Assembly (NCBI GenBank): GCA_043228905.1
Contig: JBHGNT010000108.1
Coordinates: 1 to 64,000 of the forward strand
Length of the DNA: 64,000 nt
Reading direction: 5' to 3'
Source: Azolla caroliniana
Lineage: Eukaryota; Plantae; Polypodiophyta
The position numbers were made by a program, and so were the translations under genes. Under the pieces are notes generated by a model, which was not told where the DNA came from, ran no database searches, and saw nothing but the letters and a program-made list of their open reading frames with translations. This document shows positions 38,289-51,146 of this stretch, piece by piece. The first letter of the stretch is position 1, and every line of letters starts with the position of its first letter.

Positions 38289-41200
38289 GTGGCCCATGTG
38301 ACAGAAAACACACTTAGGATGGCCTTATGGAATTGTAACGGCGCACTCTGGACACACCCCGGCCGCCTAGAGGGGATATTAAAGGAATCAGATATAGTTT
38401 GCCTAGTAGAAACACACCAAAGCCCAAATAGGGGACTCCCACGAGTCGAAGGATTTCGTTGGGAGTCGGCTTTTAGACAAACCTCACGTCGATGCACTAC
38501 CAGGGGATCTAGAGGTGTCGCAATATTGTTTCAGAGGGAGCTACATAATAGGATAGAAATACTGAGCATAGACCCAGAAGCTCGTTTTATGTGGGTGAAA
38601 ATCTCCACAAGCAAGGACAAGGCAGTAATTTTTGCCATTTGTTACTCCCCCCCGAAAGGCTCTCGTTATAATCTGGTTGGCGAGGCGAGATTAGTTGATG
38701 ACGGAGTGCCACATGGGCCTTCCCCATATGAACCTCTATCGGATGACATAATCCGATATTCTTCCCAAGGCGAAGTATTCCTTGTAGGAGACTTTAATGC
38801 GAGAACCCAATCCCGACAATGCACAATATTTCAAATGAATAGAAACCTAGAAATGGTAAATGTTGATCCTTCAGACATAGACACCACATGTAGATCAAAG
38901 GATCAAGGTGCAGACGCCACGAGCTTTGGCCATCATTTGCTCGAACTCGGTAGTCGGCACCAGATGGTCATATATAATGGTTTAGCCAAGTGGCCAAGTT
39001 CGGAAGAGCTCACATGTTTCCCACATGGAGGAGGGGAAAGCACAGTCGATTATCTAATAGGACGCCCTGAAGCTACCCACATGATTAACTCCTTCCGAGT
39101 GGCCCCATGTCCTATTGGCGTGGACCATAGTTTCTTATATTTCGAGATAAAATGCAATATCTCTAACGTCACCAACTCTAGTCAACCACGCCATGACATC
39201 ACACTACATTTCACACATGAGCTCTCTGACATATATGCTCGACATGTTCAAGCCCATCTCTCCTCCCTTGATCCCTCCCTACCTTTAGAGAGCCTTAGTA
39301 CGAAACTCACACACATCCTTCATTCTGCAGCAATTAGCAGTTTCCCATACACGAAACACTCCAATCAAGGTAAAGTAGGATCTATGCCACAAAATAGATG
39401 GTATGATGAGGATTGTAGGTGCTTACATCGACAACTTACAATATCGCAACTCAGTGGTAGTATTACCTCAGTACAAACTCGTAAAGAAATGCGCAAGATG
39501 ACACGTCGTAAGAGACGAGCATGGGAGGCATCCCAATATTGGGAACTCTACCACATGCTCATGAATAGCGATTGTGCCACTGCATGGAAGAGATTACGGG
39601 AACCAAGACCACAAACACCCATCGAAGATCCCGAAACTTGGGACACTTATACAGAGAGACTTTACCACATCCCAAACCAACCACCCATTCCAATGCCTTC
39701 TACACCCCGACCTACTGTGGGGACACTCTTCACGACCCCTAGGGTCACGAAGGTCATAAAGAAATTACAACATAGGAAGTCCATGGACCACACAGGATTG
39801 CGAGCAGAACACATCATATACGCGAGAGAGTGCCTAGCTCCCTTGCTAACTCTAATCTTCAATCGTGCCCTCGTAGAGGATTTTCCATCACAATGGACCA
39901 TGAACACAGTGGCCCCCATACATAAAGGGGGGGACCCCATGGACCCAAATACTTATAGGACCATTATGATAGGTCATGCCCTTGCTAAATTATATGGTGC
40001 AGTAATGGAGGCAGAGCTTAGCGAGTATATGGAGACCTTAAATCTTCGTGCACCTGAACAGGCCGGCTTTAGACGAGCCTTCTCCACTATTGACCATATC
40101 TTCACACTTAGATGCTTAATTGACAAGACTAAGGCTTGCAAGAAGAAACTATATTGTTGTTTTGTGGACTTCCGCAAAGCCTTTGACACGGTCCCTAGAG
40201 AGCGGTTGTTTGATAGGCTTAAGAGCTTGAGGATACCAGATGACATGGTTTGGGCCATCTACGCACTATATGAACAAGTGTCCGGGTGTGTTCGATGCCC
40301 AGGCGGCATATCCGATAGTTTCACTAGCACTATTGGTGTAAAACAAGGTTGCCCCTTATCTCTGACTCTTTTTGGGATCTACATTGATGAGATCACAGAT
40401 TTTATTGCTCGTAAGGGAGGCAATGGAGTAGTCCTTGGGGATACGCAGGTGCGTATCTTGCTCTATGCAGACGACATAGTTTTGCTCTCTGAATCCGAAC
40501 ACGACCTACAAAGGCACCTTAATGCCTTAGATGACTTTTGCACACAACGAGGATTGGTAGTGAATCTAGGGAAAACTAAAGTCCTTATCTTCCACACGTC
40601 GGCCCAAGTTAGAGTTAAGTGTCACCTAACTATCTCCCATAGCCCAGTTGAGGTGGTTGGATCATATGTCTATCTCGGAGTCACTTTCAGTGCCCGCTCA
40701 GGTAAATTTTTAATGACACAAGCAGCGAAGGATAGACTTACAAGAGGACATGCATCCCTCTCACTCCTCGAGAGACAATGCCACCAAGCATACTTCCAAG
40801 AGCCACGAACTAAAGGGTGGCTCTTTGACTCATTAGTGACTCCCTCTCTCATGTATGCATCAACGGTTTGGGTCCCAGGACTACCATCTTTCATGTGGAC
40901 GCAATTAGAGAGACCATTGGTGATGATGTTATCACGCCAACTCCGAAGCAAATCGTCGGTCCCACATGACATTATTAGGGCTGAGTTCACTCTACCCCCT
41001 ATGTTAGTAGAAGCACTTTTTCAACTGGTAGTCTTTATACACAGGATACATAACCAACCACTTGATAGAATATCCCACCGGCTATACTAACTCATGGTAT
41101 GGCATGATGGTGAGTTGGCTTCTTGCCAACGGTCTAGACATTACTAACCTCTCCCCCCTTAAGTACAACCACACGACTGATAACACTTTAATCTCTCATG

Positions 41201-41997
41201 AGGACCATAATAAAGTAATACGCCAGGAAATATGGCAAATTTATACTCGTTATAAATGGATCACCCCACTAGAGCCACTCCCATCTAAAATGTCGTACTA
41301 TAAGGAACACTTTATGCACTTCTCTGAGTTAGGTTTTATCACGCGCCCAAAATATCTAGATGTATTCTTACCACATGCACTAAGAGTTGCCATTGGTCAA
41401 CTTAGAATATCATCTCACCAACTTGAGATTGAGAATGGACATACTAATGGAGTCCGTAGGGAGGAAAGGATATGTAGGTTATGCCACATAGAGATAGAGG
41501 ATGAGTACCATTTTACATGCAAATGCCCCACCTATGCCGAGATAAGGGCAAAATACCAAGACATACTTGGTTCCTCTCCCACCCTCCCTAAACTATTAGA
41601 TACACTAGATATAAAGAAATTAGGTAGATACATCTTAGAATTGAAACAACACAGAGAGAATAAATTACAAAACGTTGATAATAATGTTGCTAATGTTTAC
41701 CAACATATAACAAATGAAGTTTTTCAAGAACAAGGGGAGACAAGGAATGTCGACAGACCTGCACCACTCGGACTTCTCCTTGATGAAGCAGAAAATCAAA
41801 GAAGAACCAAACGCCCTCGGATGCCGGGTTTCAAAGCAACTCGACGAGATGTAGAAGCAATAAAGAAAATAAGGGAACGTGAACTACACCGCCTAGAAGC
41901 CATGGCTAGGGCACTCTATCCATCGGGACCATGGGTCACACCCACACCAAAAACTTTTGACCTCCCACTTCTTTTTGAGAGACTTGGGTGGAAATGA
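38289..41997 (+). CDS. LINE ORF2: AP endonuclease, reverse transcriptase and C-terminal CCHC; one frameshift near 41085
   Basis: WNCNG, ETH, GDFNAR, TVDY, DH (APE); EQAGFR, DFRKAFD, GVKQGCPLS, LLYADD, YLG (RT); LRISSHQLEIENG..ERICRLCHIEIEDEYHFTCKCPTY (C-terminal zinc finger). Confidence 0.92.
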
Positions 41998-42886
41998 GAT
42001 TAGGCTTAGTGCAAAGTTTTGTACACTACTAGAACTTTCTTAGCTTAAGCTATTTTCTTTTATTTTAGTTTTGATGTTTGGATAAACACTCATTTTTGTT
42101 GTAACCTATTTGTCTCATGGGCCAAATTTGGCCTTAGAAGACGTTAATATATCTTTCTTTCTTTCTTTCTCACGCTCAGCTTCTAAGCTATGGCACTCAC
42201 ACAGCCACTACTGTGTTAGCTCTCTATCGTTCTATGTGTCGCACTACTCTTGCAACACCTTCTCTCTCTCTATATATATATATCCCTCACGTACTCACTT
42301 ACTCATTGTTATTCACTTTCACGCTTTACTCACTGTATTTACTCTCAGTGAGTTATCCCACATACAAACACAGCCAATTCGACTCTCACTATATATACTA
42401 ACTCATCTCATTCACAAATGTATGTATATGTATATGTTCATTAAAACTTCTATTCGACCGAATCCCATTTTGGTTTTCTTATTGAATTCGGCCAACCGAT
42501 TCTCGTTTTGGCTTTTCGACCGATTTCAACCAGCCGACTCTTGTTTTGGCTTTTTGACCAATTTCAGTCAGCCGACTCTCATTTCAGCTTTTCGGCCGAT
42601 TTTGGTCAGCTGACTCATTTTCACTTCTCAGCTAATTTCGACCAGCCGACTCCCCCGCAAGGAGGGACAACCTTACATAACAGGTAAGGGAAGTTTCTTC
42701 TCTTGTTGACTCTTATTCTTCTTGCTTGAAGGTCTCCATAATTGATGCAACCCTGCCATGAGGAATAGTAGAGACAGAGTAACCCCAACAATGAGCTCTG
42801 CAAGGACGGTGGAGGTGAAGCTCCCCATAGCTATGCTTCACCAACGGTAGCGATAGTTCTCATTCTTCTTCTTCCTCTCTCCAATA

Positions 42887-43628
42887 TGTTGTGTTTTCCC
42901 TCCTCATGGGAGAGAGAAGTCACAATGATATTTGGGTTTCATTGGTTACCATCCGGTAGGCCACAATGATGCCCTAGTTAAATGGAAGTCTTATCTTGAA
43001 AGACCCTTATCCCACTTTAAAAGGAAATCTTATCTAGAAAGACCCTTATATTTAAGAAGAAGAGGGGGAAAAGTGGCTTTCTAGAGGGAAGAGAGAAGCT
43101 CCAAAAGTGAGAAGAAAGAAGAGGTAGAAGTAAATAAATAAATGCATGTATTGTGACACCTAAATTTGACCTCCTTCGATCGACGGCCATACGAACTCCA
43201 ATTTCGGTTGAAATTTAGAGGAGTTGCTCTTACCATCAAGAAACTCATATCTAACGGTTGGATTGCGATTTCCTGTCCTTTAGGTCAAGTTTTATTGATC
43301 TATGTCTATTACTCTTCTTGTTGTTTATCCATCTTGTTGGATGAAGATTGTTGCCAACGTTGTTGCCTTCATGCTTGTGTATTCCTCTAATGATATCTAG
43401 GGAGGTTGTACCCACTTGTAAACTTAGTTATAGTGGAAGTTCTAGTACCCTAAGGGTCTTGTGCTTTTTTCCTTGATTTGGGGTTTCCACGTAAAGGTCT
43501 CGTGTGTTCGGTTGCTTTTATTTATTTCTTAGTGTGTTGGCTATTACTTCTTGTCAACTTGCCCATTAGATCTTGCCACTGTTTGTGGATGGTGGTTTGT
43601 TTGATTGTTTTAGATTCCACACATTTCA
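42887..43628 (+). mobile_element. Solo LTR (742 bp) about 55 bp upstream of the pseudogene E start; partial copies upstream of C (about 45643-45780), D (about 48384-48870) and F (about 59214-59654)
   Basis: TG...CA termini, 5-bp TSD CAATA and GGGTTTCCACGTAAA motif. The empty site CTCTCCAATATGTG is seen at about 22172. Confidence 0.8.
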
Positions 43629-43909
43629 CAATATGTGTCAATGAACATTCACCAATATGTGTGAGAACCTTATATCCAAAGATATATGATTCTTCCTTGT
43701 CTTTTTCACCATAACCAAAGCATACACACATGCATCCAAAGATGTTACCATCCCTCCATGGTACAAGTCTATAATGTATTCTACATGTACGAAATTAATG
43801 TCGTGAATATATGTATTTTTACATGTTTACAACGTTTGGGTAGTTCAGGATCTTGAAGCTTCTCTTATTGTTGCAATTTTCCAACGACTCTAGTGTGTAG
43901 TGAAAAAAA

Positions 43910-45598
43910 TCATGTAATCCGAGGCTCAAGGAGGATTGGAAGGCCCTTCGTAGGGTAGGGCAAGGGGTTCATTGATATGAGTTCGTTGGGATCCTCGAGG
44001 GTCCACGAGAAATGAGTGACCAAGCGATGGATGATGGCGAGAAGCTCCATGCGTGCGAACTCGTTGCCCAGACACATCCTCGGGCCCCCGCCAAACGGGA
44101 CGAATGTGAACGGACCCGGGCCTGCTCCTTCGAAGCGAGACGGATCGAACTTCTCCGGCTCCTGGAAATACTTGGGGTTCCGATTGGTGGAGTTCACGGA
44201 CCAGAATATCTGTGTGCAGAGAAAATATAACAACCAAATGCATGATGGATCAAATCAGCTTAGAGCTCCCATGGTGGAAGTTGTCACTATTGATTCATGG
44301 AGTTCTCTCACCTTCCATGATTTGGGGATTCTGAAGCCATCGAAACTCATGTCTTCCTGTGCCACTCTGAATGACCCCTGTGCTGCTGGCACCAGCCTCA
44401 TCGATTCCTGCACCACTCTCCATGAAAGCTTCATCTTCTGTATATCTCCCCAATTCAAGAGCTCACCGGGGGCCTTGCTTGCCGCAATCTCCTTGTTCTC
44501 TGAGCAATCACCACCAAAATACACATACAAAAAATCATAAGACTTTATGTTCTCTGATCAAGAATTGATATATAACCATTTCATCCGAAAGAGATGATTG
44601 CGGGGGACATGAGACACACCTCTGTAAACTTCATCCAATATGTCGGGATTAGATGCAAGATACTTGCAGGTTATGGTGGCTACAGAAGTGCTGGTATCAT
44701 GGCCTGCAAAGAGCAACCCCAGGATGTTGTCCTTCACCTGCTTGTCGGAGAAAGGTTGTCCATGCTCATCCGTAAATGCCAGAAAGCCAGAGAGGACGTC
44801 ATGTCCAGTGACCAAGCCAGCAGCCATATTCCTCCTTCTCTCCTCGATCCATACCTGCAACTGCTTTCTTATCGCATCCGAAGCTGCGATTCCTTTGCTA
44901 TATGCTGTTCCTGGGATGTTGATTGGCAGCTGAAAGAGGCCTTTCACCATGGCGTCGAAGGGACGATGGAGCATATCTTGATCTTCTCTGTCCCCTATAC
45001 CAATGAAAACCTCACAAGCTATGGAGAACATGAGCTTCTTCATGAAGGGGTAGAGAGCAACCTTAGATTGGCCTTCAAGGCGATCTCTTATGAATGCTAG
45101 CGCAATGAGATCGACGCGGCTCGTGTATCTTTGCAAGGATTCGGGCCGCAAGAACTGCATGAGCGCATTGCGTATGCGAGTGGCACGATGCCCGACACAC
45201 CCCACGAGGGATTCATTCCCAAGAACAGAGACAACGCTAATGGGCCACACGGAGTGGCTGTTAGAGAAGGCTGCCTTGTTACCTGCCGGGCTAGCGAGGA
45301 CTATTGTCGGAGAAGCAAATAAGCTCGTCTTGAAGGTCTCTCCATAGGCTGAGATGTGGTCATCCAAGAATTTCCATGGGATCCCATTCCTTAGAGCTCT
45401 GAGAAACTCTAGGGTTTCACCCACAAATGGAAGGCCGAAACGACCCGGAGGTAAGGGAAGGTTCTTCTCTTTCCGGCTCTTATTATTCTGGCTTGAAGGT
45501 CTCCATAGCTGGTGTAGCGCTGCTATTAGTAGTAGAGACAGAGTAACCCCAACAATGAGCTCTAGAGGGATGATGGAGGTGAAGCTCACCATAGCCAT
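43910..45598 (-). CDS. CYP716: Cytochrome P450 gene C, CYP716/CYP725-like. Exons 45598-44620, 44499-44312, 44209-43910; 488 aa
   Basis: Same intron positions as gene A; continuous 1467-nt frame; [18 protein letters not shown] and [10 protein letters not shown]. The symbol is family-level only. Confidence 0.93.
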
Positions 45599-45780
45599 GT
45601 GTCACCAATAGTAGCGATAGTTCTCCTTCTTCTTGTCTAATCTGTTGTGTTGTCCTTCATCATGGAGAAGAAGTCCTAATGATATTTGGGCTTCATTAGT
45701 TACCATTTGGTAGGCCCAAATGATAACCCCAATTTACATGAAATCTTATCTAGATAGACCTTTATATTTAAGAGGAAGCT

Positions 45781-46864
45781 ACTCCGGGAAATACTTCGGT
45801 TCCGATTGGTTTCACATATCTACGTGTGTACAACAAGTCATTAATATATTTCTACATGTGTGCAAATAGTGCGAGGATATTTCTACTCAATATCGTACCG
45901 AACCTTTTTTCAAAGATAGGGAAGGATCAACCTATCATACCAATGAATTGAAGCCAAGCTTTAGGAATCACGAGGAAGGTCAATCTCAACCACATCTTGA
46001 TTGTCAATAAACCAAGGCAAAGGGCCTCAAAAAGAGTCTTGGTTATCGATCACTCCGGGAAATACTTCGGGTTCCGATTGGTCCACATCTCTACGTGTGT
46101 GCAACAAGTCTTTAATATATTTCTACATGTGTGCAAATAGTGCGAGGATATTTCTACTCAATATCGTACCGAACCTTTTTTCAAAGATAGGGAAGGATCA
46201 ACCTATCATACCAATGAATTGAAGCCAAGCTTTAGGAATCACGAGAAAGGTCAATCTCAACCACATCTTGATTGTCAATAAACCAAGGCAAAGGGCCTCA
46301 AAAAGAGTCTTGGTTATCGATCACTCCGGGAAATACTTCGGGTTCCGATTGGTCCACATCTCTACGTGTGTGCAACAAGTCTTTAATATATTTCTACATG
46401 TGTGCAAATAGTGCGAGGATATTTCTACTCAAGATCGTACTGAACCTTTTTCCAAAGATAGGGAAGGATCAACCTATCATACCAATGAATTGAAGCCAAG
46501 CTTTAGGAATCACGAGAAAGGTCAACCTCAACCACATCTTGATTGTCAATAAACCAAGGCAAAGGGCCTCAAAAAGAGTCTTGGTTATCAATCACTCCGG
46601 CAAATACTTCGGGTTCCGATTGGTCCACATCTCTACGTGTGTGCAACACGTCTTTAATATATTTCTACATGTGTGCAAATAGTGCGAGGATATTTCTACT
46701 CAAGATCGTACTGAACCTTTTTCCAAAGATAGGGAAGGATCAACCTATCATACCAATGAATTGAAGCCAAGCTTTAGGAATCACGAGAATGGTCAACCTC
46801 AACCACATCTTGATTGTCAATTAACCAAGGCAAAGGGCCTCAAAAAGAGTCTTGGTTATCGATC
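45781..46864. repeat. 4 x 271-bp tandem array starting about 180 bp upstream of the gene C start codon
   Basis: ACTCCGG(G/C)AAATACTTCGG begins units at 45781, 46052, 46323 and 46594; the ORF track shows near-identical 73-aa ORFs spaced 271 bp apart. Confidence 0.96.
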
Positions 46865-47151
46865 ACTCCTCCCTGAAACAAGCCTAGGCTATAATTTACG
46901 ATAAATTCCAAACTGCTTATAGCTTGTGGAACTTCCTTGGATATGTAGCATTCCAAACATGCCCCAAATATGAAAATTAGAGGTTATCGTGTGCTTGACC
47001 AAAGGAATGGCCGAGCATCCTCCGTCGTTTTGTACGTGATTATTTTACTTTAGAGAATTTGAAGCTTAGGCCTTCCCAAATCAACATAATTAGTAAAGTA
47101 AAAAAGATCAAGGACCTTTCTTCCTCACCATAGTCTAACTATAGATTTGAA

Positions 47152-47396
47152 ATGTGGTCATCCAAGAATTTCCATGGGATCCCTTTCCTTAGAGCTCTGA
47201 GACACTCTAGGGTTTCACCGACAAATAGAAGGCCGAAACCACCTGGAGGTAAGGGAAGGTTCTTCTCTTTCCGACTCTTATTATTTTGGCTTGAAGGTCT
47301 CCATAGTTGGTGTAGCGCTGCTATTAGTAGTAGAGACAGAGGTACCCCAACAATGAGCTCTAGAGGGATGATGGAGGTGAAGCTCACCATATCCAT
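47152..47396 (-). pseudogene. 5' fragment (about 80 codons) of a gene C duplicate (D)
   Basis: [38 protein letters not shown] is near-identical to the gene C N-terminus; truncated at an ATGTG microhomology with the flanking repeat. Confidence 0.9.
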
Positions 47397-47400
47397 GCGT

Positions 47401-48339
47401 TGTCGCGAAGATTGTGGTTGTGTGTCGCAACCGCTGGGGTTCTGTGACTTGGGTATGAATGGGGTGAAAACGCGTAATTGCAAACGGTGCAATGACAAGA
47501 AGTTGAGAAAGCAAGATAAATGCAACGTTGTCGCGAAAAGAATTTTACTTGTAAAACAACCACTTACAATATTTATTTGCCAAAAGTTACTTGGCAAGAC
47601 TTGAACTCACAAACTCCATTTGAGAAGAAGCATTTGAGATAGACCACTTCAATCTCTCTAGTTTCTTTTTATTTGTCTTTCTCTTTTACTTTATATATAT
47701 GCTAAATTTATATTACAAAATTTAATTACCAAAAGAAATTGTTTGAAGAGGATTCAAACTCATGACCTTTTGTTTACAAAGAGACATTTGAGATACACCA
47801 CTTTAACTTCTTCCTTTTCTTATAGGCCCTTTCTTTTCTTTAACTCTTCTGTTGATTTATGCAGGCCACCATCTTCTTTGGCGAGCTCTGCATCCCATAC
47901 CCACGCGAGCTTCTTCACTCGCTTTTCCTTCTCTTCCTTCTCCTTCTCCTCCTCCCTTCCCTTTAGCCACCATAGGCGTGGCTTATATAGGGTGTTCAAC
48001 CACCCTATCACCCTCTTCAGGCGGTTGTATTTTAATTTTAATTTTAATTTAATTTAATTTAATTTTCTTTATTTATTGATGCTACAATTCAGTTTTATAG
48101 TTCTATATTTAAGAAATTATAGAAATAGCCCTTATTTAATTTTGACTCCCCCTTTTGACATAATTACATTTTTGTCCCAAGTAACATTAATCCTTCCAAA
48201 GCTTGTATCTTGGGCTTCTGAACTTCGATTCACGAACCGAAAATTCTTTCATGCTCTTTGTCATAAGCTCCAGATGGGAAATGTACTTCTATAGATTTTT
48301 GACATTGTTTTCACATCGTGAAGTGTCAACTTCACGACA
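47401..48339. mobile_element. 939-bp TG...CA insertion (probable solo LTR) 4 bp upstream of the fragment D start codon
   Basis: Terminal inverted TGTCGCGAAG/CTTCACGACA; imperfect 4-bp TSD GCGT/GTGT; gene C shows the empty site CCATGTGTCACC. Confidence 0.72.
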
Positions 48340-49463
48340 GTGTCACCAATAGTAGCGATAGTTCTCCTTCTTCTTGTCTAATCTGTTTTGTTGTCCTTCC
48401 TCATGGAGAAGAAGTCCTAATGGTATTTGGGCTTCATTAGTTACCATTTGGTAGGCCCAAATGATAGCCCCAATTTACATGAAATCTTATCTAAATAGAC
48501 CTTTATATTTAAGAGGAAACAACAAATGTGAGAATAAAAAGAGAAGAAAAGAAGCCGTCGAAATTCAAATAACTAAAAATATCCTGGTGTTGTGGCACCT
48601 GAATTTTATCTGCTTTGATCGACGACTAGTGATATCTAGGGAGGTTGTACCCGGTTGTAAACTGAATTATAGTGGAAGTTATGGTACCCTAAGGGTCTTG
48701 TTCTTTTTTCCTTGATATGGGGTTTCCATGTAAAAGTCTTCTGTGTTCGATTGTTATTATTTATTTCCTGTCGTATCGGCTATTACTTCTTGTCCACTTG
48801 CCCACTAGATCTTGTCATTGTTTGTAGAACGTGGTCGGTTTGTTTTATTGATTCGGATTCTACGCATTTAACAATATGTGTCGATGAACATTGAAAAATA
48901 TGTGTGACAATAATACATCCAAAGACACATATGATTCTTTTTCACCATAACCACACCATACACATATGCATCCAACGATGTCACCATCCCTCCATGAAGT
49001 CCTTAATATATTTCTACATGTACAAAAATAGTGTTGTGAATATGTGTATTTCTACATGTTTGCAAACCTTTTTTCAAAGATAGTAACCAATTTCTAAATC
49101 ATTATTGGAATGGGATCAACGTCCACCACATCTTGATTGTCACTGAACTAATGTAAAGGGTCTTGTTGAACCAAGAAAAAGGGTCCAGATTATCTATCAT
49201 TCCTTCTCAAAACATGCCCAACAAAATATGATAGCAAATTTTTTGGAATGCTAGTTGAGGAACTTCCTAGATTGGCAACATTCCAAACATGCCCCAATAT
49301 AGGCAAATCTTCTAGTATGCCCCAACTTATAAATTTGAGATTTGCCCAACATTTTACTAAATGAATGCTCGAGCCCTACGTTTTTCATATGTGATTACTT
49401 AACTTTATAGAATTTGAAGCTTAGCCTTGCAAAATCAATATAATTATTTGTTAAAGTGAAAAG

Positions 49464-50023
49464 TAGTAATGGGCACGGTTTCGGCTCAAACCGAACCGAA
49501 CCATTAAGCCATGGTTTAATGATTTATTGGTTCCAAAAAAATTTAATGGTTTGGTTTGGTTTGGATTTTCGATAAATTGTTCGATTTGGTTCTAAAACTT
49601 GGGTTTTTGGGTTTGGTTTAAAGGCTTATAGGTTTTTGGTTAACTTTTGTTTTACCTTAATAGTTTTTATTGATTTAATTCATTTAACTTAAATGTTTAT
49701 TTAATTTAATGGTTCAATTAAAGTTTCTTTTATTGATTTAATAAATTTAACTTAAATGCTTATTTAATTTAATGTATTTTTGTTTATTTAGATGTTTAAT
49801 TAGTTTTTACGTGGTTAGGTTTAAATTTTTTATTAAATGGTTCGGTTTAGTTTCAACTTTTCCCTAAACGGTTTGGTTTCAACTATTTCTTAAATAGTTT
49901 GGTTTCAATACTGAGATTTCATAAATGGTTTGGTTTGGTTTTTGTTTTAAATAATCGGGGTTCGGTTTCGATTCAGTTCGGTTTCTTTGCCTTGAAACCG
50001 AAACCGAACCGGGCCCATTGCTA
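49464..50023. mobile_element. hAT-type MITE, 560 bp
   Basis: TIR TAGTAATGGGC/GCCCATTGCTA; 8-bp TSD GTGAAAAG/ATGAAAAG; many GGTTCGGTT/AACCGAACC motifs. Confidence 0.88.
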
Positions 50024-50415
50024 ATGAAAAGTATCAAGGATCTTTCTTGTTCTTCATAACACGTCATAGATTTGAAATCTAAAATATCCAAAGATTTGCA
50101 CATTTTGTCTCACAAGCTTATGGTTTCAAATAGTATTGTAAGTGTCATGTATGAGACTTGAACCCACAACTTTACATATCAACCAATTTCTACAAAATTT
50201 TCAATATGTGTGATATATTATTGCATTACATGTTGACTCAAATGACCAACATGACTTTCATGCATCACACATTAACACATATGTGCCAAGTGGTGGTCAC
50301 ACATCGGATGCACTCCGATGGACATGTAGTCTTATTTGAACACCCATTTAAGGAGAGGGAATCAAATGATCTAGGCAACAAAGACAATACATTCAAGTTC
50401 CTCACACAATATATT

Positions 50416-51146
50416 CCCTCCTCCTGATGCTCGTATCTGCCAACTGGGGTCTGCTATGATAGCCAACATATATTTCCCCACTTGATTGAGCCTGGCACCT
50501 CGCATAATTGCAACAAGCAGCCAACCCCCCGCCATATTTGATGGGACGTTGGGCAGTCCCACAGAGTCTCTGTGTCATATTGATTCTACTCCAATTGGAG
50601 ACTCTACACAATTAGGAGAGCTAACGTGCCCACGTTGCCATGCTCCCACCGGTAGTGACTTATGTATTAATAGCCATTGGAACGTGGTAATTCGCCTTGC
50701 GTGTTGTTGTTTCTAGATTTTCTCCCTAAACTTGGTGATAATGGTGTGAGGAACTTGATATGTGTGCCAGACCTTTGTAGCAGTCGGCTCTCGGGCAGTT
50801 TGAGCAGCTAGGATGTGGCGACCCAATCTAATTGTGAATTGGAAGAACAGGATGGGTTGGCTTCCTTGCTCCACGTAAGGATCACGCCATGTTCATTGCA
50901 AAGGTTCCCAACTGACCTTACGTAGCCATGTGTTTTTCATGAGTACATATGTGCCAATCGGGTTGTACTTTGATCGGATCAGGATCTACAATCCATTTAT
51001 GACCAGTGTACGTGAGTACTCGAATTGCGTTATTCTGTGTTGGTGGCTTAATGTCTCGCAATTCAGAGCCTGCACAAGATTTGTGCCAATTGATCATGGC
51101 ATTGGATCTCTTACAAAATACGGCTAACCCACTTTCGAGCTTTTGC
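50416..51146 (-). mobile_element. Further-deleted duplicate of the L1 remnant at 32184-34362
   Basis: Same sequence with an internal deletion joining INWHKSCA to GSELRD. Confidence 0.88.

Larger units (their letters stand above)
36521..42168 (+). mobile_element. Near full-length non-LTR retrotransposon, RTEX-like (APE-RT-CCHC) with (CTTT)n tail
   Basis: Absent from the paralogous site at 53161-53188; two ORFs; (CTTT)4 at 42153-42168. The clade assignment is inferred from domain motifs. Confidence 0.88.
36214..42682 (-). mobile_element. Copia-type solo LTR (about 0.8 kb net) inserted in P450 exon 1, hosting a LINE
   Basis: TGTTATG...CATAACA termini; 5-bp TSD GGTAA (36209-36213, 42683-42687). 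Contains the reverse complement of the CCGTGGTTTT..GGTTTTCCACG motif seen in the other copia LTRs here. Confidence 0.88.
35358..42828 (-). pseudogene. CYP716-like pseudogene E (3' part 35358-36213, 5' part 42688-42828)
   Basis: Frameshifted exon 1; a deletion joins ..MTC to NELI, removing exon 2 and the heme motif; split at the LPLPPG codons by a solo LTR. Confidence 0.92.
32630..43325. repeat. Segmental duplication unit E (paralogous to about 50416-59654, unit F)
   Basis: Both units have the same order: L1 remnant, spacer, deleted P450 3' part, solo LTR, P450 5' part, upstream LTR. They differ mainly in which TE is nested. Confidence 0.92.

Noticed and set aside
46001-46764. Three repeated 73-aa ORFs as a small-peptide gene family
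   Set aside because: Non-ATG starts, a product of the 271-bp tandem array, and no recognisable motif.
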